DNA of 64,000 nt, from positions 5,471 through 69,470 of the forward strand of contig CACOFQ010000001.1 of the NCBI GenBank assembly GCA_902626505.1. The letters run 5' to 3'. Position numbers and translations under genes: made by a program. A model generated the notes under the pieces. The model was not told where the DNA came from, did no database searches, and saw nothing but the letters and a program-made list of their open reading frames with translations. Position 1 is the first letter of the stretch; every line of letters begins with the position of its first letter. This stretch comes from an uncultured Marinoscillum sp. GTDB lineage: Bacteria > Bacteroidota > Bacteroidia > Cytophagales > MED-G16. Shown in pieces: positions 20,718-29,206 of the stretch.

Positions 20718-22506
20718 GCTTCTATTTTTTTTATTTTTTATTAATATTTTTTTTATTGAAAGTTCTTTCTCTCAAAACACAAAGAAAGCAAACAAATTTT
20801 ATATAGAAGGCAATAGATTTTATTCAGTTGGAGATTTTGATTCAGCCATAAATTTATTTTTAAAATCATTAAAAGCTGATTCAAATTTTTGTCCCTCAAT
20901 TTATAAATTAGGGTTATCGTATAAAAAAAAGAATTTATTTGATGATTTTATTAGATGGTTTTTATTTTATGAAGATAAAATATGTAGCGAAAACAAAGAT
21001 GATGTTAATTATAAACTGGGAGAATCATTTTTTTTATTGGGAGAAATAAATAAAGCAAAAGGATATCTTATGTCTGTAAAGGATAGTATAAGGTTTATAG
21101 ATTATCCAAAATACTTATCCTATATTAATTATAATATTGATAATTCTAGTGTTAGTTTTTTTGAATTTGAACAAAAAGGATTAATTAATAATTCTTTTTT
21201 TCAGTACTCTCCTCAATTTCAAAAATCAAAAAATAAATTGTATTATACTGTTAGGAAAGGAAAAAGGCTTTTTGATGATGAAGATATATCTTCTTACTCT
21301 ATGGTTCAAAATAAAATTTTATTTAATAATGTTTTTTCATATCTGAACACTGATAATAACGAGGGAACACCTTCTATATCTGAAGATGGGAGTTTAATGG
21401 TTTATACTTCTTGTGAAATGAATTTCAAAAAAAATTCATGTGATATTTTTTATGTAGAAAAAAAAGAAAATTCTTGGTCATCCCCAGTAAAATTTTCTAA
21501 TACTATAAATTCTAAATATTGGGATTCTCAGCCATTTCTTTACAAGGATAAATTATTTTTTGTTTCCAATAGACCTGGGGGAAAGGGAGCTAGAGACATT
21601 TATTTTTCGCAAAAAAATGATAAATATGGTTGGTCTAAAGCGGAAAACCTTAGTTATGTAAATACATTACATGAGGAAGTATCTCCATTTGTTGAAAATG
21701 ATATTATCTATTTTTCGTCCAATAGATCTAATTCTTATGGTGGTTATGACATATTTTTATTAGACAATATATCTTCTAAAAATAAATCAGTTATTAATCT
21801 AGGTTCATCAATCAATTCTCATCAAGATGAGACATCAATATTTTTAACTGATAAAAATATATTTCTGACAGTTGAAGATAAGCTAAATCAAAATATTAGA
21901 TCTTCAATAGTCATTGGAGATATTCTGAAAAAATATAAATCAGAAAAAAAATTTAAAGTATTAAGAACGTTTGATTCGATTTCTAATCAAGAATTAAAAG
22001 GTGTTATTTCCATTAAAAGTGATTTATTAGAAACAACATTTAAAACAAATCAAAAGATAGATGAAGAATTTCTTGAAAATTCAATTATAGTTGCAGGAGC
22101 TGATGGATATTTTCCTTTAGTAACTGAAATAAATGATAGAGATACAATTAATATTTTTCTTAATAAGTTAACAAGCAAAATAATACTAGAAAATATATAT
22201 TTTGATTTTGATAGTTATCATCTTGATGATGATTCAAAAAAATATCTAAATGTAATAGCTGATTGGCTTAAAGAAAGTAACATAAAGTCATTAGAAATAT
22301 CTGGCCATACTGACAATATCGGTAATGAAAATTATAATTTAAAATTATCTGAAGAAAGAGCTTTATCTGTATATAATTACATTAATACTTTTGGTATTTC
22401 TAATATTAAAATTAATTATAAAGGATATGGAAGTTCGTTGCCTATATCTAAAACCTATGTCGGACCCAAAAACCGGAGAATTGAATTTACCATTATTAAT
22501 GAGTAA
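20710..22506 (+). CDS. OmpA-family protein with TPR, TolB-like beta-propeller repeats and a C-terminal OmpA peptidoglycan-binding domain
   Basis: Signal peptide, TPR-like N-terminus, repeated S.P..S.DG..L.F.S.R.GG.G..DI units, and C-terminal F.FDSY.L....LN.IA..L......LEISGHTDNIGNENYNLKLSEERA. It appears to start at a TTG; there is no nearby ATG. Confidence 0.8.
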   Translation: MIKLLFFLFFINIFFIESSFSQNTKKANKFYIEGNRFYSVGDFDSAINLFLKSLKADSNFCPSIYKLGLSYKKKNLFDDFIRWFLFYEDKICSENKDDVNYKLGESFFLLGEINKAKGYLMSVKDSIRFIDYPKYLSYINYNIDNSSVSFFEFEQKGLINNSFFQYSPQFQKSKNKLYYTVRKGKRLFDDEDISSYSMVQNKILFNNVFSYLNTDNNEGTPSISEDGSLMVYTSCEMNFKKNSCDIFYVEKKENSWSSPVKFSNTINSKYWDSQPFLYKDKLFFVSNRPGGKGARDIYFSQKNDKYGWSKAENLSYVNTLHEEVSPFVENDIIYFSSNRSNSYGGYDIFLLDNISSKNKSVINLGSSINSHQDETSIFLTDKNIFLTVEDKLNQNIRSSIVIGDILKKYKSEKKFKVLRTFDSISNQELKGVISIKSDLLETTFKTNQKIDEEFLENSIIVAGADGYFPLVTEINDRDTINIFLNKLTSKIILENIYFDFDSYHLDDDSKKYLNVIADWLKESNIKSLEISGHTDNIGNENYNLKLSEERALSVYNYINTFGISNIKINYKGYGSSLPISKTYVGPKNRRIEFTIINE

Positions 22507-22603
22507 AAATGTCATTTAAACATCAAGATTATGACAAATTACTATTTTAAAAAAAATAAGAAATATCATTGATTTTTCATTAGTAAGTATTAATATAGCC
22601 AAC

Positions 22604-22664
22604 GGGTTTTATGTTAAAAAACCCTAAAATATTCGTTTCCGTGCTCTAAATGAGGATTTAGGGT
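22604..22664 (+). promoter_or_regulatory. Candidate structured leader element upstream of susC-like gene, with two mutually exclusive hairpins
   Basis: GGGTTTT (22604-22610) pairs with AAAACCC (22618-22624). ACCCTAAA (22621-22628) pairs with TTTAGGGT (22657-22664). The two helices compete for ACCC at 22621-22624. Confidence 0.3.
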
Positions 22665-22783
22665 AAGGAGACTTGTCATTTTTTTATTCGTTTTTTGCAA
22701 TTTTTGTTAAAAATGATAAAAATGATGACAAATTATTGTTAAACAATTATTAATTAAATAATAACTAAATAAACAATTAAACT

Positions 22784-25700
22784 ATGTTTAGATTTATACT
22801 AGTTAGTTTCTTGTTCTTGGCTTCAAATTTATGGGCTCAAGACAGAACTATTTCGGGTACGGTATCATCAGATGAAGACGGAAGTGGTCTTCCAGGTGTT
22901 AACGTTATCCTTCAAGGTACGACTGTTGGTACTACTACAGATGTCAACGGTTCTTATTCACTGGGTGTACCTAGTGATGGAGGTACCTTAGTATTTTCAT
23001 TTATTGGTTTGGCATCGCAAGAAGTTGCAATTGGTGCTAGATCAGTGGTGGATGTAGTTATGAGCTCTGATGTTGAAGAACTTCAGGAAGTTGTTGTAAC
23101 TGCATTGGGTATCACCAAAGAAAAAGCTGCACTTGGTTATGCAGTAACTTCTGTTGGTGGTGAACAGCTTGAAGCTAGACCCGAAGCAGACATAGCTAGG
23201 TTGTTAAGAGGTAAAGTTCCTGGTGTAGATATCACTTCTCAAAGTGGTGTTTCTGGAACTGGTACTAATATTATTATTAGGGGATATACCTCAATTTCAG
23301 GTTCTAACCAACCTTTATTCGTATTAGATGGTGTGCCAATTGATGCATCAACTTATTCTGATAGAGGGTTTACTGGTGGTGGTGCTACTGCCTCTAGTAG
23401 ATTTTTAGATCTTGATCCTAACAACGTGGCAGAAATTAGTGTGCTTAAGGGATTAGCTGCAACCGTATTATATGGTGAAGCTGGTAGAAATGGTGTGATT
23501 CTTATTACGACGAAAACAGGTCAAGTTGGATCTACGTCTAATAAAGGATTAGAAGTATCATTCAGTCAATCTTATTTTGTGAATCAGGTAGCTAGTGTAC
23601 CAGATGATCAAGATCAGTATGGAAATGGGTGGCAAAATAGAGCTTCAGCTGCATTTAGTAACTGGGGTGCTCCTTTTGACCAACCTAATAGAAATAACTT
23701 GGTTGATGGAACGATTAAACACCCTTACGACAGATCAATATGGAATGGTGTATTCCCTCAGTACGTAGGTGCTAGATGGAAATACCAAGCATATGACAAC
23801 TTACAGAATTTCTTCGTAGACGGTTCTCAACAAAATACTTCTATTGGTATCAACGCTCAAGTTGGTTCTTCATCAATAAAAGCTAATTATGGTTGGACTA
23901 AGGACAATGGATACGTTCCATTTAACGACTACAGAAAACATAACTTTGCTTTAGGTGCTAATACTCAGCTAGCAAATGGTTTAAAAATTAGTGGATCATT
24001 CAATTATATTGAATCTCAAGCTAATAAGCCGCCTGTTAACCCGAGTAGAAACTCTAATGCTACCAATGTATCTTTATTTGGTAATGTTATGTATACTCCA
24101 AGAAGTTGGAATTTATTTGGTTTAGAATATGAAAGACCAGATACTCATGGTAGTGTATATTATAGAGGTAATAACGGGATGCAACATCCTTTATGGACTC
24201 TTAATCACACTAGAGATAGAGATGATGTTAACAGGTTTATTGGTAACTTAACTTTATCCTATGAGATTGCAGACTTCTTAAATCTGACATATAGAATAGG
24301 TCTCGATAGAACTAATTTACTTAACAACTACATGATTAATAAGAATGGAGTTCAAGGGTATGCGGTTCTAGGTGCTTATCAAACGTCAAATAGAAATAAT
24401 GTTAATTACGATCAAATTGTTAACTTAAACGGAGCAGTTGAATTATCTGAAGACTTAGACTTAGATTTCTTAGTAGGTGCAAACCTTAAGTCAAGAAATT
24501 ATGAATTATCTCAGATATTCAGTTCTGATATGTTTATTTTTAACTTCTTTGATCATAGCAACTTTACAGTAACTAACGCTAATACGTACGTATTAAGAGA
24601 AAATACTTATGGTGCTTTTGCAACAGTATCACTTGGTTATAAAGACTGGGGATTCTTAACTGCATCAGCAAGAAATGATTGGACTTCGACTCTAGAGCCT
24701 GAGAACAGATCATTCCTTTACCCATCAGTTTCTTTATCGGTATTACCGTTTGATGCATTATCTGTTAACAATCAAAATCTTAACTTCTTGAAAGTTAGAT
24801 TTGGATTTGGAACATCAGCTGGTTACCCTCCTCCATATTCAACAAGAGGATCGTTAAGCACTGGTACTAAAGTTTTCCAAACTGCAGGTGGTACATTGTT
24901 AAACTCTAATGCTGTTAGTAACTTTTATGCTAACCCAGACTTAACTCCAGAGATACATAAGGAATTAGAACTTGGTATTGAAGGTAAATTCTTTAAGAAT
25001 AAAGTTGGATTAGATGTATCGTTGTTCACAAAAGATTCAGAGGATTTAATTATCGATTTAGATCTTGATGCATCTACTGGATATACTTCTTCAACTGTAA
25101 ACTCAGCATCAATTAATAATAAAGGTGTGGAAGCAATTGTTACAGTAGTTCCTGTTCAGTCTAGAGACTTTACTTGGGAAATAGCTGGTCAGTTCTCATT
25201 ATTGAGAAGTGAAGTGCTTTCAATATCTGATGGTGTTGATCAAATTTATGTTGGTGGTTATGTTGGTAGAGGAAATATCGCTATTCCTGGTTTACCTTAT
25301 GGTATCATGGATGGTGAGGTTATCAAGAGAGATTACGGTAGCTTGGATGGTACAGACCATACTCAGGTACATTGGGATGATAGATTAGACTATATTCCAG
25401 TTGTAGATGGTAATGGTGGTTATCAGCAATTAGGTTACGGTGTAATTGGTGATCCTAATCCTGACTTTGTTTACGGTGTAACAAATACACTAACTTATAA
25501 GTGGGTAACTGCAAGAGTGCAGTTTGACGCTTCTGTAGGTGGAGATGTATTCTCTACTACTAGTTCTACTCTACTTGGTAGAGGTATTCTTGAGGAAACA
25601 GGTTTTGATAGGTTTATCCCAGTTGTTACAAGAGGTTTATCAAATGATGGAACTCCTAATACAACTCAAACTACAGCAAACCAACATTACTGGCCAAATA

Positions 25701-25993
25701 CTGGTGTATTCTATGATGAAAACTCAGTTTATGATGCTTCTGTAATGAGACTAAGAGAAATTTCTCTTTCGTTTGTTGCTCCAAAATCATTCCTTAATGG
25801 TACACCATTTGGAAGTGCTAGTTTAACTATGTCTGCTCAAAACATTTGGCATTATGCATGGAATTTCCCTGCAGGTTCAAACTTTGACCCTGAGGTTATT
25901 AGTTATGGTGCTGGTTCTAATGCTAGAGGTTGGGATGAGATGACTGGTCCTACTGCTAAGAAGTGGGGTGCAACTTTAAGTTTAACTTTCTAA
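22784..25993 (+). CDS. SusC/RagA-family TonB-dependent outer-membrane transporter
   Basis: Signal peptide, carboxypeptidase-regulatory-like domain (ISGTVSSDEDGSGLPGVNVILQGTTVGTTTDVNGSYSL), plug region (VVVTALGI.KEK..LGYAV; IIIRGYTSISGSNQPLFVLDGVPI), a long barrel and a terminal aromatic residue (LSLTF). Confidence 0.9.
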   Translation: MFRFILVSFLFLASNLWAQDRTISGTVSSDEDGSGLPGVNVILQGTTVGTTTDVNGSYSLGVPSDGGTLVFSFIGLASQEVAIGARSVVDVVMSSDVEELQEVVVTALGITKEKAALGYAVTSVGGEQLEARPEADIARLLRGKVPGVDITSQSGVSGTGTNIIIRGYTSISGSNQPLFVLDGVPIDASTYSDRGFTGGGATASSRFLDLDPNNVAEISVLKGLAATVLYGEAGRNGVILITTKTGQVGSTSNKGLEVSFSQSYFVNQVASVPDDQDQYGNGWQNRASAAFSNWGAPFDQPNRNNLVDGTIKHPYDRSIWNGVFPQYVGARWKYQAYDNLQNFFVDGSQQNTSIGINAQVGSSSIKANYGWTKDNGYVPFNDYRKHNFALGANTQLANGLKISGSFNYIESQANKPPVNPSRNSNATNVSLFGNVMYTPRSWNLFGLEYERPDTHGSVYYRGNNGMQHPLWTLNHTRDRDDVNRFIGNLTLSYEIADFLNLTYRIGLDRTNLLNNYMINKNGVQGYAVLGAYQTSNRNNVNYDQIVNLNGAVELSEDLDLDFLVGANLKSRNYELSQIFSSDMFIFNFFDHSNFTVTNANTYVLRENTYGAFATVSLGYKDWGFLTASARNDWTSTLEPENRSFLYPSVSLSVLPFDALSVNNQNLNFLKVRFGFGTSAGYPPPYSTRGSLSTGTKVFQTAGGTLLNSNAVSNFYANPDLTPEIHKELELGIEGKFFKNKVGLDVSLFTKDSEDLIIDLDLDASTGYTSSTVNSASINNKGVEAIVTVVPVQSRDFTWEIAGQFSLLRSEVLSISDGVDQIYVGGYVGRGNIAIPGLPYGIMDGEVIKRDYGSLDGTDHTQVHWDDRLDYIPVVDGNGGYQQLGYGVIGDPNPDFVYGVTNTLTYKWVTARVQFDASVGGDVFSTTSSTLLGRGILEETGFDRFIPVVTRGLSNDGTPNTTQTTANQHYWPNTGVFYDENSVYDASVMRLREISLSFVAPKSFLNGTPFGSASLTMSAQNIWHYAWNFPAGSNFDPEVISYGAGSNARGWDEMTGPTAKKWGATLSLTF

Positions 25994-26012
25994 TTATTAA
26001 ATATTATAAATT

Positions 26013-27764
26013 ATGAAAAAATTAAACAAATTATATTTTATCGTTGCATTCATGTTTATAGGTTACTCGTGTGAGTTAACTGACCTTGATCAGTTAAACA
26101 ACCCGAATGCCGTAACTGTAGAGAATGCAGGTCTTGATTTATATTGGAACCAAGTACAAACTAGCTTTGCTGGTTGGTGGTATGGTAACCAAACGCCTAT
26201 GTTACATCTTGGTAGACAATTATCAGGTACATGGGGTCAGACTTATGACAATGCTTATTTACCAAATAACTTCAATGGATCATGGAGTGGTGTCTACTCT
26301 GGATTAGTTCCAGATATTGATGCTATGATTGCTTCTGGTACAGAGGCTGAATCATGGATTCATGTTGGAGCTGGTAAAATTTTAAAGGGGTATGCTATCC
26401 AAATGCTTGTTGACAAGCACGGTGATATTCCTTTTAGTGAAGCATGGCAAGGAACTGCAAATCTTAGTCCTAAGGTTGATGATGCTGCATCTATTTACAC
26501 TGCTATTGATGCAATGTATACTGAAGCAATTGCTGACCTTAACAAAACTGCTATTGGAGCTCCAGCTGTGGATATCTTCTATGGTGGTGATAAAGCTAAG
26601 TGGATCACTCTTGCAAATACTCTTAAATTCAGACTTGCTCTGAATAAAGGAGACGCTGCTGGAGTTGCTGCTGCATTAGGTGCAGGTGTAATTGATTCAA
26701 AAAGCGAAGATTGGGTATTCCAGTATGGAAGTAACAGACAAAACCCTGATTCTAGACACCCATGGTACGGTGGCGCATATGAGTCCTATGCTGGACCATA
26801 TCAGTCAAATTACTTTATGTGGGAGTTAATGGAAGAAAAAGGTTTTCCTGATCCAAGACTAAGGTATTATTACAAGAGACAAGATCTTGATATGAGTGAT
26901 GAAGATTTATTCACCCTTGATTGCGTTGTTGCAGACACTAGACCAGCATGGTATGATAATCCTTATACTAATGCTTATGGTGACGTTGTAACATGGCCTT
27001 TCTGTGGTGGTAGTAGCTTCACACATACTGATGCACTTGCTGCAAAAGGTTATTGGGGTAGAGATCACATGAATAATGATGGTACTCCTCCAGATGGACA
27101 GAAAAGAACTCATAGAGGTTCTTACCCTGCTGCTGGTGAGTATGATGACGGAGACGCTTCTACTGGTGTAGACGGAGCTGTTGCTGCTGGTATTAAAACT
27201 GTTATGCACACACAAAATGGTGGTGTTGACGGTGGTGGAGGAGACGGTCACGCTCCTTTCTTAATGGCAGCAAACGTTTACTTCATGAGAGCTGAGGCTG
27301 CACTTGACGGTTTTTCTTCTGAAAATGCTGCTGATATGTTAAAATTAGCTATTGAAACTTCCATTTCTTCTGTAATGAGTTACTCTGCTGGTTGGGGACC
27401 TGTCGGTGATGTTAACGGAGATGGTGTAGGTGCTGTACCTGTCGCATTACAAACTGAGAGATATGTTAATTTTGTGATGGATAACTTCAATGCTGCTGCT
27501 GATAATGAGGCTAAAATGGCTATCATCGTCAAGGAGCATAGACTAGCTTCATTCTCTAATGGGATTGAGGTTTATAACGCAATGAGAAGAACTGGACACC
27601 CTCAAGATATGCAGGGTCCAATGAAGACTGCTGATGCTGGTACTTTCCCAAGATTGTTCCCGTATCCTGCTGATTTTTCTAACTTAAATGCAAACGCACC
27701 TGTTAGAACTGATTTAGGAGAGACAGTATTCTGGGATAGAGCTGGTTCAGGTACTTTAAATTAA
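26013..27764 (+). CDS. SusD/RagB-family nutrient-binding lipoprotein
   Basis: Lipoprotein signal (FIGYSC), located directly downstream of the SusC-type gene, with a helical TPR-like N-terminal half and C-terminal FPYPADFSNLN. Confidence 0.85.
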   Translation: MKKLNKLYFIVAFMFIGYSCELTDLDQLNNPNAVTVENAGLDLYWNQVQTSFAGWWYGNQTPMLHLGRQLSGTWGQTYDNAYLPNNFNGSWSGVYSGLVPDIDAMIASGTEAESWIHVGAGKILKGYAIQMLVDKHGDIPFSEAWQGTANLSPKVDDAASIYTAIDAMYTEAIADLNKTAIGAPAVDIFYGGDKAKWITLANTLKFRLALNKGDAAGVAAALGAGVIDSKSEDWVFQYGSNRQNPDSRHPWYGGAYESYAGPYQSNYFMWELMEEKGFPDPRLRYYYKRQDLDMSDEDLFTLDCVVADTRPAWYDNPYTNAYGDVVTWPFCGGSSFTHTDALAAKGYWGRDHMNNDGTPPDGQKRTHRGSYPAAGEYDDGDASTGVDGAVAAGIKTVMHTQNGGVDGGGGDGHAPFLMAANVYFMRAEAALDGFSSENAADMLKLAIETSISSVMSYSAGWGPVGDVNGDGVGAVPVALQTERYVNFVMDNFNAAADNEAKMAIIVKEHRLASFSNGIEVYNAMRRTGHPQDMQGPMKTADAGTFPRLFPYPADFSNLNANAPVRTDLGETVFWDRAGSGTLN

Positions 27765-27782
27765 TTTTAAATTATATATATT

Positions 27783-28730
27783 ATGAAAAATTTAAAACAA
27801 TTATTTATTGGATTCGTGGCGATGCTAACTGCAGTATCCTGTGGAGATCCTGTTTTACCTGTAGAGCTTCAGCCTGAAATGCAATATGGTGCATACGCTA
27901 GGAAGATGTCTCAAACTGGTAAATTTGATTTCTTTGCTATCTCTACTTCACAGATTGATATTCATGTTGAATATTATGACGAGAATGGAGGTAAAAATAT
28001 CTCAACGTATGATATAGAAGTTGAATATATAGACATTACTGGTGGTGGTGCAAATAGTATAGGTAAAAAACCTTTTAGGACTATCAATTCTTCGGAGTTT
28101 GTAGTTAATTCTGATGGTTATTTAAGTTCAGATATTAGTTTAGGATTTGATGCTGCTTTAACAGCACTCGGAGTAACTTCTGCTGATATAACTGGAGGTA
28201 ATACTGTCAGATTCTGGTTTACTATTACTAAAACAGATGGTACAAAATATGACTATAATAATACAGGACCAAACTTAATGTCTTCTAATGCATTCGGTGC
28301 ATTATTTAGATTGAATGTTGGTATTGTATGTCCGTCAGATTGGAAGTTAGGTTCATTATCTGGTACAAATAGTAATGATGGTACTCTCGGTACGTTAGGT
28401 GCTGGTGAAACTACGGCATCAGTTGAACTTACTAGAAAATCTGGTAAGGATAATCAATATCAATTAAGTGATTGGACTCTTGGTTATAGAACACTTAAAT
28501 ACACTGGTACATACTATACTACTGGACCAGTATTTATTGACAACTGTAATGTGGTTTCAATAACTGGTGTTGGTGATTATGGTTATGGTTTCTCTATGTT
28601 ACCTGGTACTGCGTCTGTAAGTTCTGATAGAACAGCATTTACTTATTCGTGGGAAAGTGACTTAGGTGAAGGTGGTGTAGCCACATTAACTTATGACGAT
28701 GGATCACTTTGGCCAGAACTGTACAACTAA
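27783..28730 (+). CDS. Hypothetical surface lipoprotein, positional SusE/F analogue
   Basis: Lipobox (LTAVSCG), 18 nt after susD-like, and the same elevated-GC, Gly/Thr-rich composition as the two upstream genes. I recognise no family motif. Confidence 0.55.
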   Translation: MKNLKQLFIGFVAMLTAVSCGDPVLPVELQPEMQYGAYARKMSQTGKFDFFAISTSQIDIHVEYYDENGGKNISTYDIEVEYIDITGGGANSIGKKPFRTINSSEFVVNSDGYLSSDISLGFDAALTALGVTSADITGGNTVRFWFTITKTDGTKYDYNNTGPNLMSSNAFGALFRLNVGIVCPSDWKLGSLSGTNSNDGTLGTLGAGETTASVELTRKSGKDNQYQLSDWTLGYRTLKYTGTYYTTGPVFIDNCNVVSITGVGDYGYGFSMLPGTASVSSDRTAFTYSWESDLGEGGVATLTYDDGSLWPELYN

Positions 28731-28740
28731 CTAGTCTATC

Positions 28741-28764
28741 GTTTATGTATTTTATTACATAAAC
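28741..28764 (+). terminator. AT-rich 9-bp hairpin after the susCD-lipoprotein unit
   Basis: GTTTATGTA (28741-28749) pairs with TACATAAAC (28756-28764), with a 6-nt loop. Confidence 0.35.
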
Positions 28765-28770
28765 AATATT

Positions 28771-28804
28771 AAAGGGGGATAATTAATTATCCCCCTTTTT
28801 TTTA
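28771..28804. terminator. Bidirectional rho-independent terminator between convergent genes
   Basis: Perfect palindrome AAAGGGGGATAATT/AATTATCCCCCTTT (28771-28798) followed by a T-run. The complementary strand also gives a stem plus TTT. Confidence 0.75.
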
Positions 28805-29179
28805 TTCAATCCTTTTCCATTTACTGTAAAGTGGAATCAAATATGTAGAATCATTCAGATTATTAGTAACTTGTCTTTTATAATAGAATGTAAAATTATT
28901 TTCATCAGTAATCTCAATTTTCATTCTGAATATCTCATTTTTATTTTCTGTCGCTTGAGAAAATATTATGGAGTCACCCTCTATCTTATAACTCATCAAT
29001 TTCTCAAAATAAATAACTAAATTATCCTTTTTGAAATATGTTATTGGAAAGTTTGGAAGTTCGTTTTGAATTTCATTATCTCTCATAAACTCTACTAATT
29101 TCCAATCGCCAATTAATTCTTCTTTTTCTTTACAAGAATTTGAAAAAAATATTAAAAAAATAAATAGTAGTTTTTTCAT
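28802..29179 (-). CDS. Small hypothetical lipoprotein (lipocalin-like)
   Basis: Lipobox (FFSNSC), 125 aa, with a GDWKLVEF motif as in lipocalin-like small lipoproteins. Confidence 0.5.
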   Translation of the reverse strand: MKKLLFIFLIFFSNSCKEKEELIGDWKLVEFMRDNEIQNELPNFPITYFKKDNLVIYFEKLMSYKIEGDSIIFSQATENKNEIFRMKIEITDENNFTFYYKRQVTNNLNDSTYLIPLYSKWKRIE

Positions 29180-29206
29180 ATTTTATTTTTACTTTTCCCT
29201 CAATAT

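Noticed and set aside
22673-22756. Possible 27-codon TTG-initiated small ORF preceded by TAAGGAG in the susC-like leader
   Set aside because: Only 2 nt separate GGAG from the TTG, which is too short a spacing. Bacteroidota make little use of Shine-Dalgarno pairing. The peptide is simply what poly-T/A sequence translates to.
25539-27251. Several 60-114-aa ORFs within susC-like and susD-like (25539-25745, 26125-26307, 26392-26643 on +; 26907-27251 on -)
   Set aside because: They are off-frame or antisense ORFs favoured by the locally higher GC. They have low-complexity translations and no start context, and lie entirely inside well-supported genes.
22784-28730. Recent horizontal transfer as the explanation for the higher-GC SusC/SusD/lipoprotein island
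   Set aside because: I down-weighted this but did not exclude it. The codon choices (GGT, GCT, ACT and GTT) match tuf and the ribosomal genes of this genome. No tRNA, integrase, repeats or other mobility marks flank the island.
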